Part shown: piece after piece, positions 54,423 through 62,962 of the stretch | How positions within the stretch are numbered: the first letter of the stretch is position 1 | How the letters are laid out: every line of letters starts with the position of its first letter | Origin: Candidatus Sericytochromatia bacterium | GTDB taxonomy: Bacteria; Cyanobacteriota; Sericytochromatia; S15B-MN24; JAQBPE01 | Length of the DNA: 64,000 nt | Direction: 5' to 3' | Assembly (NCBI GenBank): GCA_035285125.1 | Contig: JAYKHR010000011.1 | Location: 1-64,000, forward strand | Notes under the pieces: generated by a model | Told to the model about the DNA's origin: nothing | What the model saw: only the letters and a program-made list of their open reading frames with translations | Databases searched by the model: none | Position numbers and translations under genes: made by a program

Positions 54423-55337
54423 ATGCGCCTGCTGCTGCCTGCCCTCGTCCTCGCCCTCGCGGCCCTCACCTCGGCCTGCGCCCAGGCGCCCGGCCTGTCG
54501 CCCCGGGCCCGGGCCCAGGGGCCCCTGGCTGCCCGCGGAGCCTGGGAACCGCCCACGGTGCTCGAAGACTTCGACACCGTCGACAACCAGTACGACAACC
54601 TGAGCCCCGTGGGGCACCCGTTCCTCGAGCCCCTCGAGTTCACCCCCGTGAAGCCCAGTGCGGCGGGCTCCACGGTGCTGGAGATCCTGGCTGCCAACCG
54701 CCCCCGCCCCCGCAAGGGTTTCCTCGTGACGGGAGACATCGCCGAGGCAGGGGCCCTGACCCGCGAGGTCGGCGAGAAGACCCAGCTCGCCGAGCAGGCC
54801 ACCGTGCGCTTCCGGTGGGGTGTCAACGCGGGCGCCACGCTCGATCCGTCGCTGCTGGCGGAGGTGGTGTTCGTCTTCGAGTCTAAGCGGCTCGGGCGCA
54901 AGGGCCTCGGCTACGTCTGGAGCACCCGCCACTGCCCGGGCACGGTGCTGTCCGGCCAGATGGGCGCGGGCGAGGGCGCGGTGCCCCTTCGTCTGATCGT
55001 GCTCGCGCAGGGCGTCGGCCTCGGGCAGTCCTGCAGTGAGGCGGCGCTCAACAAGATCGGCCTGGCCTCCGTCGAGCGGGACCTCGCGGCGGACGTGCGC
55101 TGGGCCTTTTCCGAGTCCACCCCGCTGGGCGACGTGCCCTTCGCGAGCGAGCCCTCGGGCTGTAGCGAGGGCAAGCCGCAACCGCCACGCCAGTTCGCGT
55201 TCGACGCCGCGGGCCGGGCGCTGCCCAACACCGACCTGCTCGGCGTGACGGCGCTCGCCTTCGGCGCTGAGGTTGCCAAGGGCGTCTGCGCCCAGGCCGT
55301 CGTGGACGACGTCACGCTGCAGAAGCAGTGGCCCTGA
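54423..55337 (+). CDS. lipoprotein, DUF3047-like
   Basis: TSAC lipobox; LGYVWS and ERDLAADVRWAF resemble DUF3047 motifs. Confidence 0.55.
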   Translation: MRLLLPALVLALAALTSACAQAPGLSPRARAQGPLAARGAWEPPTVLEDFDTVDNQYDNLSPVGHPFLEPLEFTPVKPSAAGSTVLEILAANRPRPRKGFLVTGDIAEAGALTREVGEKTQLAEQATVRFRWGVNAGATLDPSLLAEVVFVFESKRLGRKGLGYVWSTRHCPGTVLSGQMGAGEGAVPLRLIVLAQGVGLGQSCSEAALNKIGLASVERDLAADVRWAFSESTPLGDVPFASEPSGCSEGKPQPPRQFAFDAAGRALPNTDLLGVTALAFGAEVAKGVCAQAVVDDVTLQKQWP

Positions 55338-55344
55338 GCCTGCC

Positions 55345-56340
55345 GTGCCTGCCCCCTTCCGCCTCGCCTTGCCCCTGGTGCCCCTGCTGCTGGCAGGGGG
55401 CATCGGGGCAAGCTGCGGCACCCTGGGCCCCGGGGCGGAGCTGATCGTCCGCGTCGTGGATGCCCGCTCCGGGCAGGGCGTCCCGGGGGCCACCGTGGAG
55501 GTCGACTGGCAGGTGCTCCGCACGGCCGGCGCTGGCGCCGCCCGCGTCTCGCTGCGCCCTGGGGCCTACGAGCTCACCGTCTCCCACGGGGGCTACGAGC
55601 CCTCGGTGTCCTCCGTGATGCTCGCCCCCGGCGCCACCCTGGCGCGCACGGTGGGCCTGCGCCCGCGGCCCGAGGCGGCGAGCCCCCAGCCGTCCCCGGC
55701 CGGGACGCCGGGCACCTCGCCGACGCCCTCGCCTGGCGCTTCTCCGTCGGCGGAGCCTGGGGCCGTCGTGTTCGGCAAGGTCACGGACGGCAAGGGCGGC
55801 CGGCTCGCCGGGGCCCTGGTGCTGGTGGAGTCCACGTGGGGCGTGCCGCTGGCGGAGGCCCGCACCACGGCCGTCGGCGAGTTCCGCTTCCCGGGCCTCC
55901 CGCGGCGCCAGCCTGCCAAGTTCACTGCGATTGCGGACGGCCACCGCTCCATCACGCGGGTCGTCACGCCTGCCGGCGAGTGGCGGCTGGACTTCACGGG
56001 TGTCCACGCCCTCGCGCCCGAGCGCCCACCCGTCACGGAGCCCGGCGGCCCTCCGGTGGTGAAGGTCGATGCCCTCGTGACGAACGCGCTCGGCACGGCC
56101 GTCGATGGGGCCGTCCTGCGCGCCGAGAGCGAGGCCGTGCGCTTTCCCTTTGCCACCACGCTCGTGACCAAGCTCGGCCACGCCGAGTTCCTCTGCCCCT
56201 CCGGCATTCCCGTGCGGTTCACCGCGACCAAGGTGGGCCACCGCCCCATCACTTTCGTCGAGCGGCTGGAGCCCGTGCCCGGCGGCGGCCCGCTGCGCCT
56301 GGACTTCAAGGGCGGCCGGGCCCTGGTGCCCGCGCCCTGA
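55345..56340 (+). CDS. carboxypeptidase-regulatory-like (beta-sandwich) repeat lipoprotein
   Basis: VRVVDARSGQGVPGATV, GKVTDGKGGRLAGALV, T..GEFRF; GASC lipobox. Confidence 0.75.
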   Translation: MPAPFRLALPLVPLLLAGGIGASCGTLGPGAELIVRVVDARSGQGVPGATVEVDWQVLRTAGAGAARVSLRPGAYELTVSHGGYEPSVSSVMLAPGATLARTVGLRPRPEAASPQPSPAGTPGTSPTPSPGASPSAEPGAVVFGKVTDGKGGRLAGALVLVESTWGVPLAEARTTAVGEFRFPGLPRRQPAKFTAIADGHRSITRVVTPAGEWRLDFTGVHALAPERPPVTEPGGPPVVKVDALVTNALGTAVDGAVLRAESEAVRFPFATTLVTKLGHAEFLCPSGIPVRFTATKVGHRPITFVERLEPVPGGGPLRLDFKGGRALVPAP

Positions 56341-56370
56341 AGAAAATGCGCGCCGACGGCCGCTCCCACG

Positions 56371-56397
56371 CAAGTTGGTGGACCGAAGTGGCGATAA
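56371..56397 (+). promoter_or_regulatory. sigma28/FliA-like promoter
   Basis: CAAG-N15-GGCGATAA. Confidence 0.5.
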
Positions 56398-56451
56398 GAA
56401 GTTAAGATTGGTTGAAGAAAAGAATTAACAATGTTTAAAGAGGGCCTCCTG

Positions 56452-57291
56452 ATGACCGCCTCGCTTCGTCGCCTCACCGGCCTTGCTGCCGCCGCCGTGC
56501 TCGCGCCCACGCTGCTGGCCACGGGCTGTGGCCAGCTGCCGCGCGGCGGGGTTGGGCCGGTCCGCGCGGAGGCGGCGTCCCGCACCGGCTACGCCGTGCG
56601 CTTCCAGCCGCGGCCCCAGGTCCGGAGCCTGCGGGCGCCGCTCCCCGGCACCGCCGGGCGGCTCGAGGAGGCCGACGAGCCCGGCGAGGAGCCCGCGCCC
56701 GCGCCGATCGCGGCCCCCACGGCGGGGGGCTTGCGGCCGCTGCCGAGGCCGACGCCCACCGCCCCGCCCAAGCCGCCCGCGCCGCCGCCGGCCCCCGACG
56801 AGGTCGACGAACTGCTGGTGCTGCTGCAGAACTTCGGCTACAACGGCACGCGCGCCCAGATGGTCAAGGCGCTGCAGGCCTGCATCTTCGCCTACCCGAT
56901 CAACGCCCCCGAGTCGCCCGGCGGCTGGGACAAGCGCATCGACCCGCGCGAGCACTACGAGTGGTGGAAGAAGACCCTGCCACCCGACGAGACGGCCACC
57001 TTCAACGACTACATGCAGCAGTCCTTGCTGATCGCGCAGAACAAGTTCGATGTGGTCTATTACATCTGGATCTCGAAGCAGTACAATCCCAACCAGGCCA
57101 AGCGCGAGCACCGCAACTCCCCCTTCGTCGACCTCAACGAGCAGCTGCCCGTGGTCAAGGGCATCGCGGGGGGCGGCTGGATGGTTCAGATCGCACCCAA
57201 CGCCACCATCCACGACTACCTCAAGATCCCGACGCAGTACCTGCGCGACCTCAACCACCTGGTCCGCATCCCCGAGTCCCTGTACTTCTGA
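56452..57291 (+). CDS. Pro-rich lipoprotein of unknown function; paralogue of 53600-54415
   Basis: ATGC lipobox; LLQNFGY, YYIW, IHDY, RIPESLYF correspond to segments of the paralogue. Confidence 0.75.
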   Translation: MTASLRRLTGLAAAAVLAPTLLATGCGQLPRGGVGPVRAEAASRTGYAVRFQPRPQVRSLRAPLPGTAGRLEEADEPGEEPAPAPIAAPTAGGLRPLPRPTPTAPPKPPAPPPAPDEVDELLVLLQNFGYNGTRAQMVKALQACIFAYPINAPESPGGWDKRIDPREHYEWWKKTLPPDETATFNDYMQQSLLIAQNKFDVVYYIWISKQYNPNQAKREHRNSPFVDLNEQLPVVKGIAGGGWMVQIAPNATIHDYLKIPTQYLRDLNHLVRIPESLYF

Positions 57292-57713
57292 TGACCGACG
57301 ATCACGAGCCCATCTCCGTCACGCCCGTCGGCCCCGCCGGGGGCCTCCAGCCAGCCGGTTGGGAGCGCCTGGCCGCCGCGGCCGCGCACGCGTCGCCGCT
57401 GTACGCGCCGCTGCTGGGCCCGGCCCTCATCTGGCTCGTGGGCGGCAACGTGGGCGGCTCGCGGTTCGTGGCGAGCCAGGGCCTGCAGGCCCTGCTGTTT
57501 CATTTGCTGGTGACGGTCCTGCTGACGACCCTCTGGGGCGCCTCCTATGCGCTCTGGGCGCTGATCCTGATCGGCTGGCCGTTCGCCCTGGTCCTGACGG
57601 CCTTCGCGGTCCTCGCCACGCTCTGGGCGGCCTGGCACTGCTTCTGGGCGACGCTGGCGGCCTTCGGTGGGCGGGCCTATCGCCTGCCGATCGTCGGCAT
57701 CATCGAGCGCTGA
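57291..57713 (+). CDS. DUF4870 family membrane protein
   Basis: AAAAH, GPALIW, FVASQGLQALLFH, G..YRLPIVG. Confidence 0.8.
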   Translation: MTDDHEPISVTPVGPAGGLQPAGWERLAAAAAHASPLYAPLLGPALIWLVGGNVGGSRFVASQGLQALLFHLLVTVLLTTLWGASYALWALILIGWPFALVLTAFAVLATLWAAWHCFWATLAAFGGRAYRLPIVGIIER

Positions 57714-57729
57714 GCCCCAGCCCCGCGGC

Positions 57730-60700
57730 TCACTCCTCCAGCCGGGCCAGCACCATCGCCCCGGCGGCCGAGGCCGTGAGGAGCCCGTCGCCCGGGTCCA
57801 TTGCCTCGCCGAGCAGCACCACGACGCCCCAGACGGGGGCGGTGGGACCCTCTGCCAGGGGCACGGCGATCGCCTGGGTGCCGAGCGCGCGCACCTCGCG
57901 CTCGCCCATGGCCTGCGCGCAGAGCTCGGCATCCACGAGTTCGGGGGAGAAGGGGATGGTCCCGGCGCCCCGCGCCACCGCGACGTAGGGCTCCAGCGCC
58001 TGATCGAGCACGAAGGCGCGCGTGGCGCCGGGGACCAGTTCGAAGCAGCAGCTGGCGAGGGCCGCGCCGACGGCGGCGGGCTCGCTGGCCCCGAACAGCC
58101 GGGGCCAGAGGGCGTTCAGGGCGCGCGCCTCCCGCAGGGCCTGGCTCAGCCTGGCGAGTTCCTCAGCAGGGGCGGTCACGCGCGGCAGCAGCGCCCGGGC
58201 CTCCGTCAGCAGCGTCTCCAGCCGTGCGGCGAGGGCGGGGGGGGCGTCGTCGTCCTCCGCGTGCAGGCCCTGCAGCGTGCGCTCGACGCGCTCGACCTCG
58301 ATGGCCAGCTTCTCGGCGCCGAGGGCCAGGGCCGTCCGCCGGCCCTGCTCCAGCCACCCGGCGGCCTCGGAGCGGGCGCCGGCGTCGATGGCGATCTGGC
58401 CGAGCCGCAGGGCGGCCTGGGCCACCAGCAGCTGGTTCGGCTGCGCGAGCACGGCGCGAAGCTCCTGGCGCGCCCGCTCGCGATCGCCCGTGCGGGCGGC
58501 CCAGACGCCCAGCAGGTAGGTCCGGCGCCCTTCGAGGTCCACCCGGTTGGAGGCCTTCACCGCCGCCGCCGCGACGTGCAGGGCGTGGGCTGCCTCCGGG
58601 AACATGCCCAGGTGCAGCAGCGCCTCGGCCTGCCACAGCCAGATGCGGGCCACCACGGCTGGCGTCGCCGTGGACGGCAGGCGCCGCAGGGCCTCACTGC
58701 CGAGCGCCAGCCCGGCCTCCTTGTCGCCGCGCACCGCGCGGATGAGCCCCTCCAGCGTCTGGGCCTCGAGCGTCGCGGCCACGTCCTGGCGTGCCTCGGC
58801 CCGGTGCCGGGCCTCCTTCGCGTGGTCGCGGGCCGCCTCCGTCTCGCCGAGCGCGAACATCACCTGCGCGGCCTGGACCGAGGCCTGGATGGACATCGCC
58901 GGCTCGGCGAGTTCCTCGGCCACGGCCAGCGCCCGCGTGATCGTGGTGCGCGCGAACAGCACCTCGCCGCGCGCCATCTCGGCGTCGGCCAGGCTCAGCA
59001 GCGACTGCCCGAGCCTGGGGCGGTCGCCCTCGGTCTCGAACAGCGCGCACGCCTGCTGCAGCAGCGCCACGCCCTCGCCCTGGCGCTCCCGCGGGCCGAG
59101 CGCCAGGACGGCACCGAAGGCCGTGAGGGCCAGGGCGCGCGGCAGCTGGGCAGCCTCCGCGGCCGCCCCGATCGCGGCCTCACCGCTCTCGCTCGCGGCC
59201 TCCAGCCGGCCCAGGGCGTGCTGTGACTCCGTGAGCCCGGCGAGGGCCAGCGCGAGGAGGTCCATGTCCCCCATGGCCTGCGCGTGGCCGGCGGCCTCCT
59301 GCCAGGCGCCGACGGCCTCCTCATGCAGGCTCAGCGTGGCGAGCACGCGCGCGAGGGCCAGGTTCGAGGCGGGCCGCTCGGGGCCCGAGGGAAGGCGTCC
59401 CCGGGCCTCTCGCAGGCACGTGAGCGCGGCCTGCAGGTCGCCGGCCTGCCGGTAGGCCTCGCCCAGCGTCGCGAGGTAGCTGCCTCGCAGCGGGTGCTCG
59501 GCGTCGAGCATCACGAGCGCCTCCTCGAGCACCTGGCGGGCCGTCTCGTGGCCGCCGAGCAGCAGCACGCGGCGGGCGGCCGTCAGGGCCTGCGGCACGG
59601 CGACGTCCGGCCGCTCGGCGCGCAGCGCGTGCAGCGCGGCGGTGAGGGGATCGAGCGCCAGGCGGCCCGATTGCAGGGCCTCGACGAGGGTGCGCTGGAG
59701 CGTCAGTTGGCGCTCGGGCGGCAGGGCGCGGGCATACATCGTGGCGTAGTCGGGGTGGGTGAACTGGTAGCTGCCCCCGGCTCGCGTCAGGATGCCCGCC
59801 CGGAGCAGGGCGTCGAGGCCAGTCGCGAAGGTCTCCAGCTCTGGCACCAGCGCCTCCAGGGCGGCTGGCCGGATGATCGGCGCGAGCAGCGCCGCCGCCC
59901 CGCCCACCGCCCACGCGTGGCCGTCCAGGGCGCTGCCGCGCCGCCACGCGAGGGCCCCCACGGTCTCCGGCCACTCGGGGGGTGGGGGGAGGTCGCAGAG
60001 GGCGCCGTTGATGCGGATCTCGCCAGCGTCACGCCAGAGCGCGAGCAGGGTTCGCACGAACCAGGGCTGCCCCGCCGCCGCCGCCGCGAGGGTCTGCAGC
60101 TCGGCCTCGCGGGCGGGCGGCGCCGGCAGCATCGCCCGGGCCAGCTCGAGCGCTTCGGCCTGGCTGAAGGGGGGGACGTCCAGCGTCGGCCAGCCCGGCT
60201 CGCCCGTGCGGCCCGGCTGGCCGGCCACAAGCCACAGCACGGGGGCTGCCGCGAGCCGTCGCACCACCTGCGCCAGCATCTCCCGGCTGGCCTCGTCCGC
60301 CTCGTCCCAGTCGTCCACGAGCACCACGAGCCCCTGTGGCGCCACCGCGCCCAGCAACTCCGTGAGCGCGCTGCCGAGCCGGCGCCGGAGCAGCTCGCCC
60401 CCGAGGGGGCCGTCCAGGCTCGCGCGGCCCTCCTCCTCGGGGCCTGTCCCCGGGGGCGGCGCCATCAGGGGGGCCAGCCGCAGGCGACACCGCTCCAGCA
60501 GGCCGGGGTGCCGCTCCTGGGCCAGCTGGGTGAGGCCTCGCAAGGCGTCCCGCCAGGGCGCCAGGGGCCAGGCGTACAGCCCGAGCCCCCGCAGGCGAAC
60601 CACCGGGTAGCCCGCTCGCCCCGCCGCGGCGGCGGCCAGCGACAGCACCGTGGTCTTGCCCCAGCCCGGCGGGGCCTCCAGCCGATGCACCCCACCAGCC

Positions 60701-61515
60701 CCGCGCCCGAGCGCCCCGAGGAGCCGGTCGACCGCGTCCATCGCCACGACGCGCGGCTGCTGCGGGGGCACGAGCACGCACGCCTTGGGCTGGACCTTGA
60801 ACGGGGCGCCGCGCTGCCGGTCCAGCTCGGCCAGGGCCGTGGCTGCGTCCGGGATGCGGTCCCCCGGAGCTCGGGCCAGCAGCCGACGCCCCAGGGCCGC
60901 CAGCGGGTCCGAGACGAGGTCGAGCAGGTCGAGCTCGCCCGGCAGCTCGCCCGTCAGCCAGAAGTGGATCAGCGCGCCCACCCCGTAAAGGTCTGCCCGG
61001 GCGTCGAGCGGCAGCCCTGCCTCCTGCTCGGGCGAGCGGTAGCCCACTGTGCCCGGGCGCCGGGCGGGCTGGCCCATCGGCGTCAGGCTGCCGTAGCCGA
61101 CGAGGACGAGGCCGGCCTCCGTGCGCCGCAGGTGGGACGGCTCGAGCCCGGCGTGGACCCAGCCGTGCCGGTGCAGCGAGACGAGCGCCTCGAGCAGCTG
61201 CCGGGCGCAGGAGGCCACCTCAGCAGGCTGGACCAGGGTGGCCGGGGGCCCCTCGGCATACCCCATCGTGTAAAACGGGCGCTCGTCGAGCTGGGAGCCA
61301 TCGGCGTAGAGGCGCACCAGCCGTGGCCCGCGGAGCTGGGCGACCCGCCAGGCCTCCAGCCGGAAGTCGTGGCGCGCCTCGGCATCGCCCGCCCGCTCGT
61401 CGGAGAGGCGCTTGAGCACCATCGGCGCGCCGTCCTGGTCCTGCACGAGGAGCATGTAGGGCCCGAGCGGCCGCACGGGCGTGAAGCGGTCTGCAGTGGG
61501 AGCCATCGGTCCCAT
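57730..61515 (-). CDS. Ser/Thr kinase-like + AAA/STAND ATPase + TPR + GAF-like signalling protein
   Basis: VLKRL, GTVGYRSPEQ, ADLYGVG (kinase fold); APPGWGKT and VLVDDWD (P-loop); G.P.F; TPR helices; C-terminal IAVPL...WGVV. Confidence 0.8.
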   Translation of the reverse strand: MGPMAPTADRFTPVRPLGPYMLLVQDQDGAPMVLKRLSDERAGDAEARHDFRLEAWRVAQLRGPRLVRLYADGSQLDERPFYTMGYAEGPPATLVQPAEVASCARQLLEALVSLHRHGWVHAGLEPSHLRRTEAGLVLVGYGSLTPMGQPARRPGTVGYRSPEQEAGLPLDARADLYGVGALIHFWLTGELPGELDLLDLVSDPLAALGRRLLARAPGDRIPDAATALAELDRQRGAPFKVQPKACVLVPPQQPRVVAMDAVDRLLGALGRGAGGVHRLEAPPGWGKTTVLSLAAAAAGRAGYPVVRLRGLGLYAWPLAPWRDALRGLTQLAQERHPGLLERCRLRLAPLMAPPPGTGPEEEGRASLDGPLGGELLRRRLGSALTELLGAVAPQGLVVLVDDWDEADEASREMLAQVVRRLAAAPVLWLVAGQPGRTGEPGWPTLDVPPFSQAEALELARAMLPAPPAREAELQTLAAAAAGQPWFVRTLLALWRDAGEIRINGALCDLPPPPEWPETVGALAWRRGSALDGHAWAVGGAAALLAPIIRPAALEALVPELETFATGLDALLRAGILTRAGGSYQFTHPDYATMYARALPPERQLTLQRTLVEALQSGRLALDPLTAALHALRAERPDVAVPQALTAARRVLLLGGHETARQVLEEALVMLDAEHPLRGSYLATLGEAYRQAGDLQAALTCLREARGRLPSGPERPASNLALARVLATLSLHEEAVGAWQEAAGHAQAMGDMDLLALALAGLTESQHALGRLEAASESGEAAIGAAAEAAQLPRALALTAFGAVLALGPRERQGEGVALLQQACALFETEGDRPRLGQSLLSLADAEMARGEVLFARTTITRALAVAEELAEPAMSIQASVQAAQVMFALGETEAARDHAKEARHRAEARQDVAATLEAQTLEGLIRAVRGDKEAGLALGSEALRRLPSTATPAVVARIWLWQAEALLHLGMFPEAAHALHVAAAAVKASNRVDLEGRRTYLLGVWAARTGDRERARQELRAVLAQPNQLLVAQAALRLGQIAIDAGARSEAAGWLEQGRRTALALGAEKLAIEVERVERTLQGLHAEDDDAPPALAARLETLLTEARALLPRVTAPAEELARLSQALREARALNALWPRLFGASEPAAVGAALASCCFELVPGATRAFVLDQALEPYVAVARGAGTIPFSPELVDAELCAQAMGEREVRALGTQAIAVPLAEGPTAPVWGVVVLLGEAMDPGDGLLTASAAGAMVLARLEE

Positions 61516-61581
61516 TCTACCGCACCCGCGGGCGGGCCCGAGGTGACATGAGCCGGGCTTTGCGGCATCATGGACGGGCCC

Positions 61582-62943
61582 ATGTCACGCCCCCGCCTCC
61601 AGCGCCTGCTCCTCACGGCCGTTGCCGCCGCCAGCCTGCTTGCCTCGCCGGCTGCGGCCCTCCCCCTGATGGCGGCCTCTCCCGAGGTGCCCCCCGCCCC
61701 GGTGGGCGTTCCGGGCTTCATGTGGGGCGTGACGCTCTCCGACTACCAGAACAGCGGCGCGCACCCGGCGATGGACTGGGCCGAGCTCGAGCGCTCCGGC
61801 CACCTGCCTGAGCGCAGCGGGCGCAGCGCGAACTTCCGGGGCCACATGGATGCCGACCTCGACCGCGCCCAGTCACTCGGCCTCAACGCCTTCCGCACGA
61901 GCATCGAGTGGAGCCGCCTCGAGCCCGAGGAGGGTCGCATCGACGCCCAGGAGGTGGCCCACCTGCACCGGCTCTTCGCGGGGCTGCGGCGACGTGGCAT
62001 GACGCCGGTGGTGGCCCTGCACCACTTCGCCACCCCCTCCTGGGCGATGAAGGCCGACGGCGCTGGCCTCGAGGGCTGGGAGAGCCCGCGAATCGTCGAG
62101 CGGTACCGGCGCTACGTGGCCTTCGTGGCGAAGGAGTTCGGCGCGGAGCTGGACTGGTACATCACCTTCAACGAGCCCGCTACCTTGATCCTGGGGGCCT
62201 ACACCCTCGGCTGGACCCTGCCGCGGCACATCGGGCCCGTCTCGACGGTGCGCGCGACGGCGAACGTGGTGGCGGCCCACGTGGCGGCTTACGAGGAGCT
62301 GCACCGCGCGGACCCGGGGGCCAGGGTCTCCATCGCCGAGTACAACGCCCTGTTCCCCGTCGCGGAGGGGGGCATCCACTACATGCCGAGCCAGCTGCTG
62401 ACGCTGCTGCTGGACAAGGCGCGGGGCTGGGACGGGCAGCCGCGCGTGCGCCACCTCGATTACCTCGCGCTGCACTACTACGGCGCGGTCGATGCCGCGG
62501 CCGCTGCCTCCTTCCCGGTCCAGCCCTGGCGCTGGGGCGTGCGGCCCGAACAGCTCTCCCACATTCTGCGCGCCTACCACCAGGCCTTTCGGCTGCCCAT
62601 CTTGCTGGCGGAGAACGGCCTTGCCACGGAGGATGGCCAGCCCCGGGCGGACGGGTGGACGCGCGAGGCCTACATGGTGGCCCACATCGACGAGCTCCTG
62701 AAGCTCAAGCGGGAGGGGCTGCCCGTCCTGGGCTACTTGCACTGGACGCTCACGGACAACTACGAGTGGGGCTCGTTCTCACCGCGCTTCGGCCTGTGGC
62801 GCGTCGAGATCCGGCGCGGCGATATGACGCGGCACGCGACGCCCGCCGTGGCCGTGTACCGGGAGATCATCCGCAATGGTGGGGTCACGCCCGGCCTGCG
62901 GCAGCGCCACCCGGCGCCCACCACCGTCTCGGTGGGGCGCTAG
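61582..62943 (+). CDS. glycoside hydrolase family 1 with signal peptide
   Basis: FRTSIEWSRLEP, LHHF, TFNEP (acid/base), AENG (nucleophile), WTLTDNYEW, RFGL. Confidence 0.9.
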   Translation: MSRPRLQRLLLTAVAAASLLASPAAALPLMAASPEVPPAPVGVPGFMWGVTLSDYQNSGAHPAMDWAELERSGHLPERSGRSANFRGHMDADLDRAQSLGLNAFRTSIEWSRLEPEEGRIDAQEVAHLHRLFAGLRRRGMTPVVALHHFATPSWAMKADGAGLEGWESPRIVERYRRYVAFVAKEFGAELDWYITFNEPATLILGAYTLGWTLPRHIGPVSTVRATANVVAAHVAAYEELHRADPGARVSIAEYNALFPVAEGGIHYMPSQLLTLLLDKARGWDGQPRVRHLDYLALHYYGAVDAAAAASFPVQPWRWGVRPEQLSHILRAYHQAFRLPILLAENGLATEDGQPRADGWTREAYMVAHIDELLKLKREGLPVLGYLHWTLTDNYEWGSFSPRFGLWRVEIRRGDMTRHATPAVAVYREIIRNGGVTPGLRQRHPAPTTVSVGR

Positions 62944-62962
62944 CGGGAGGCCTGCCAGCCCC

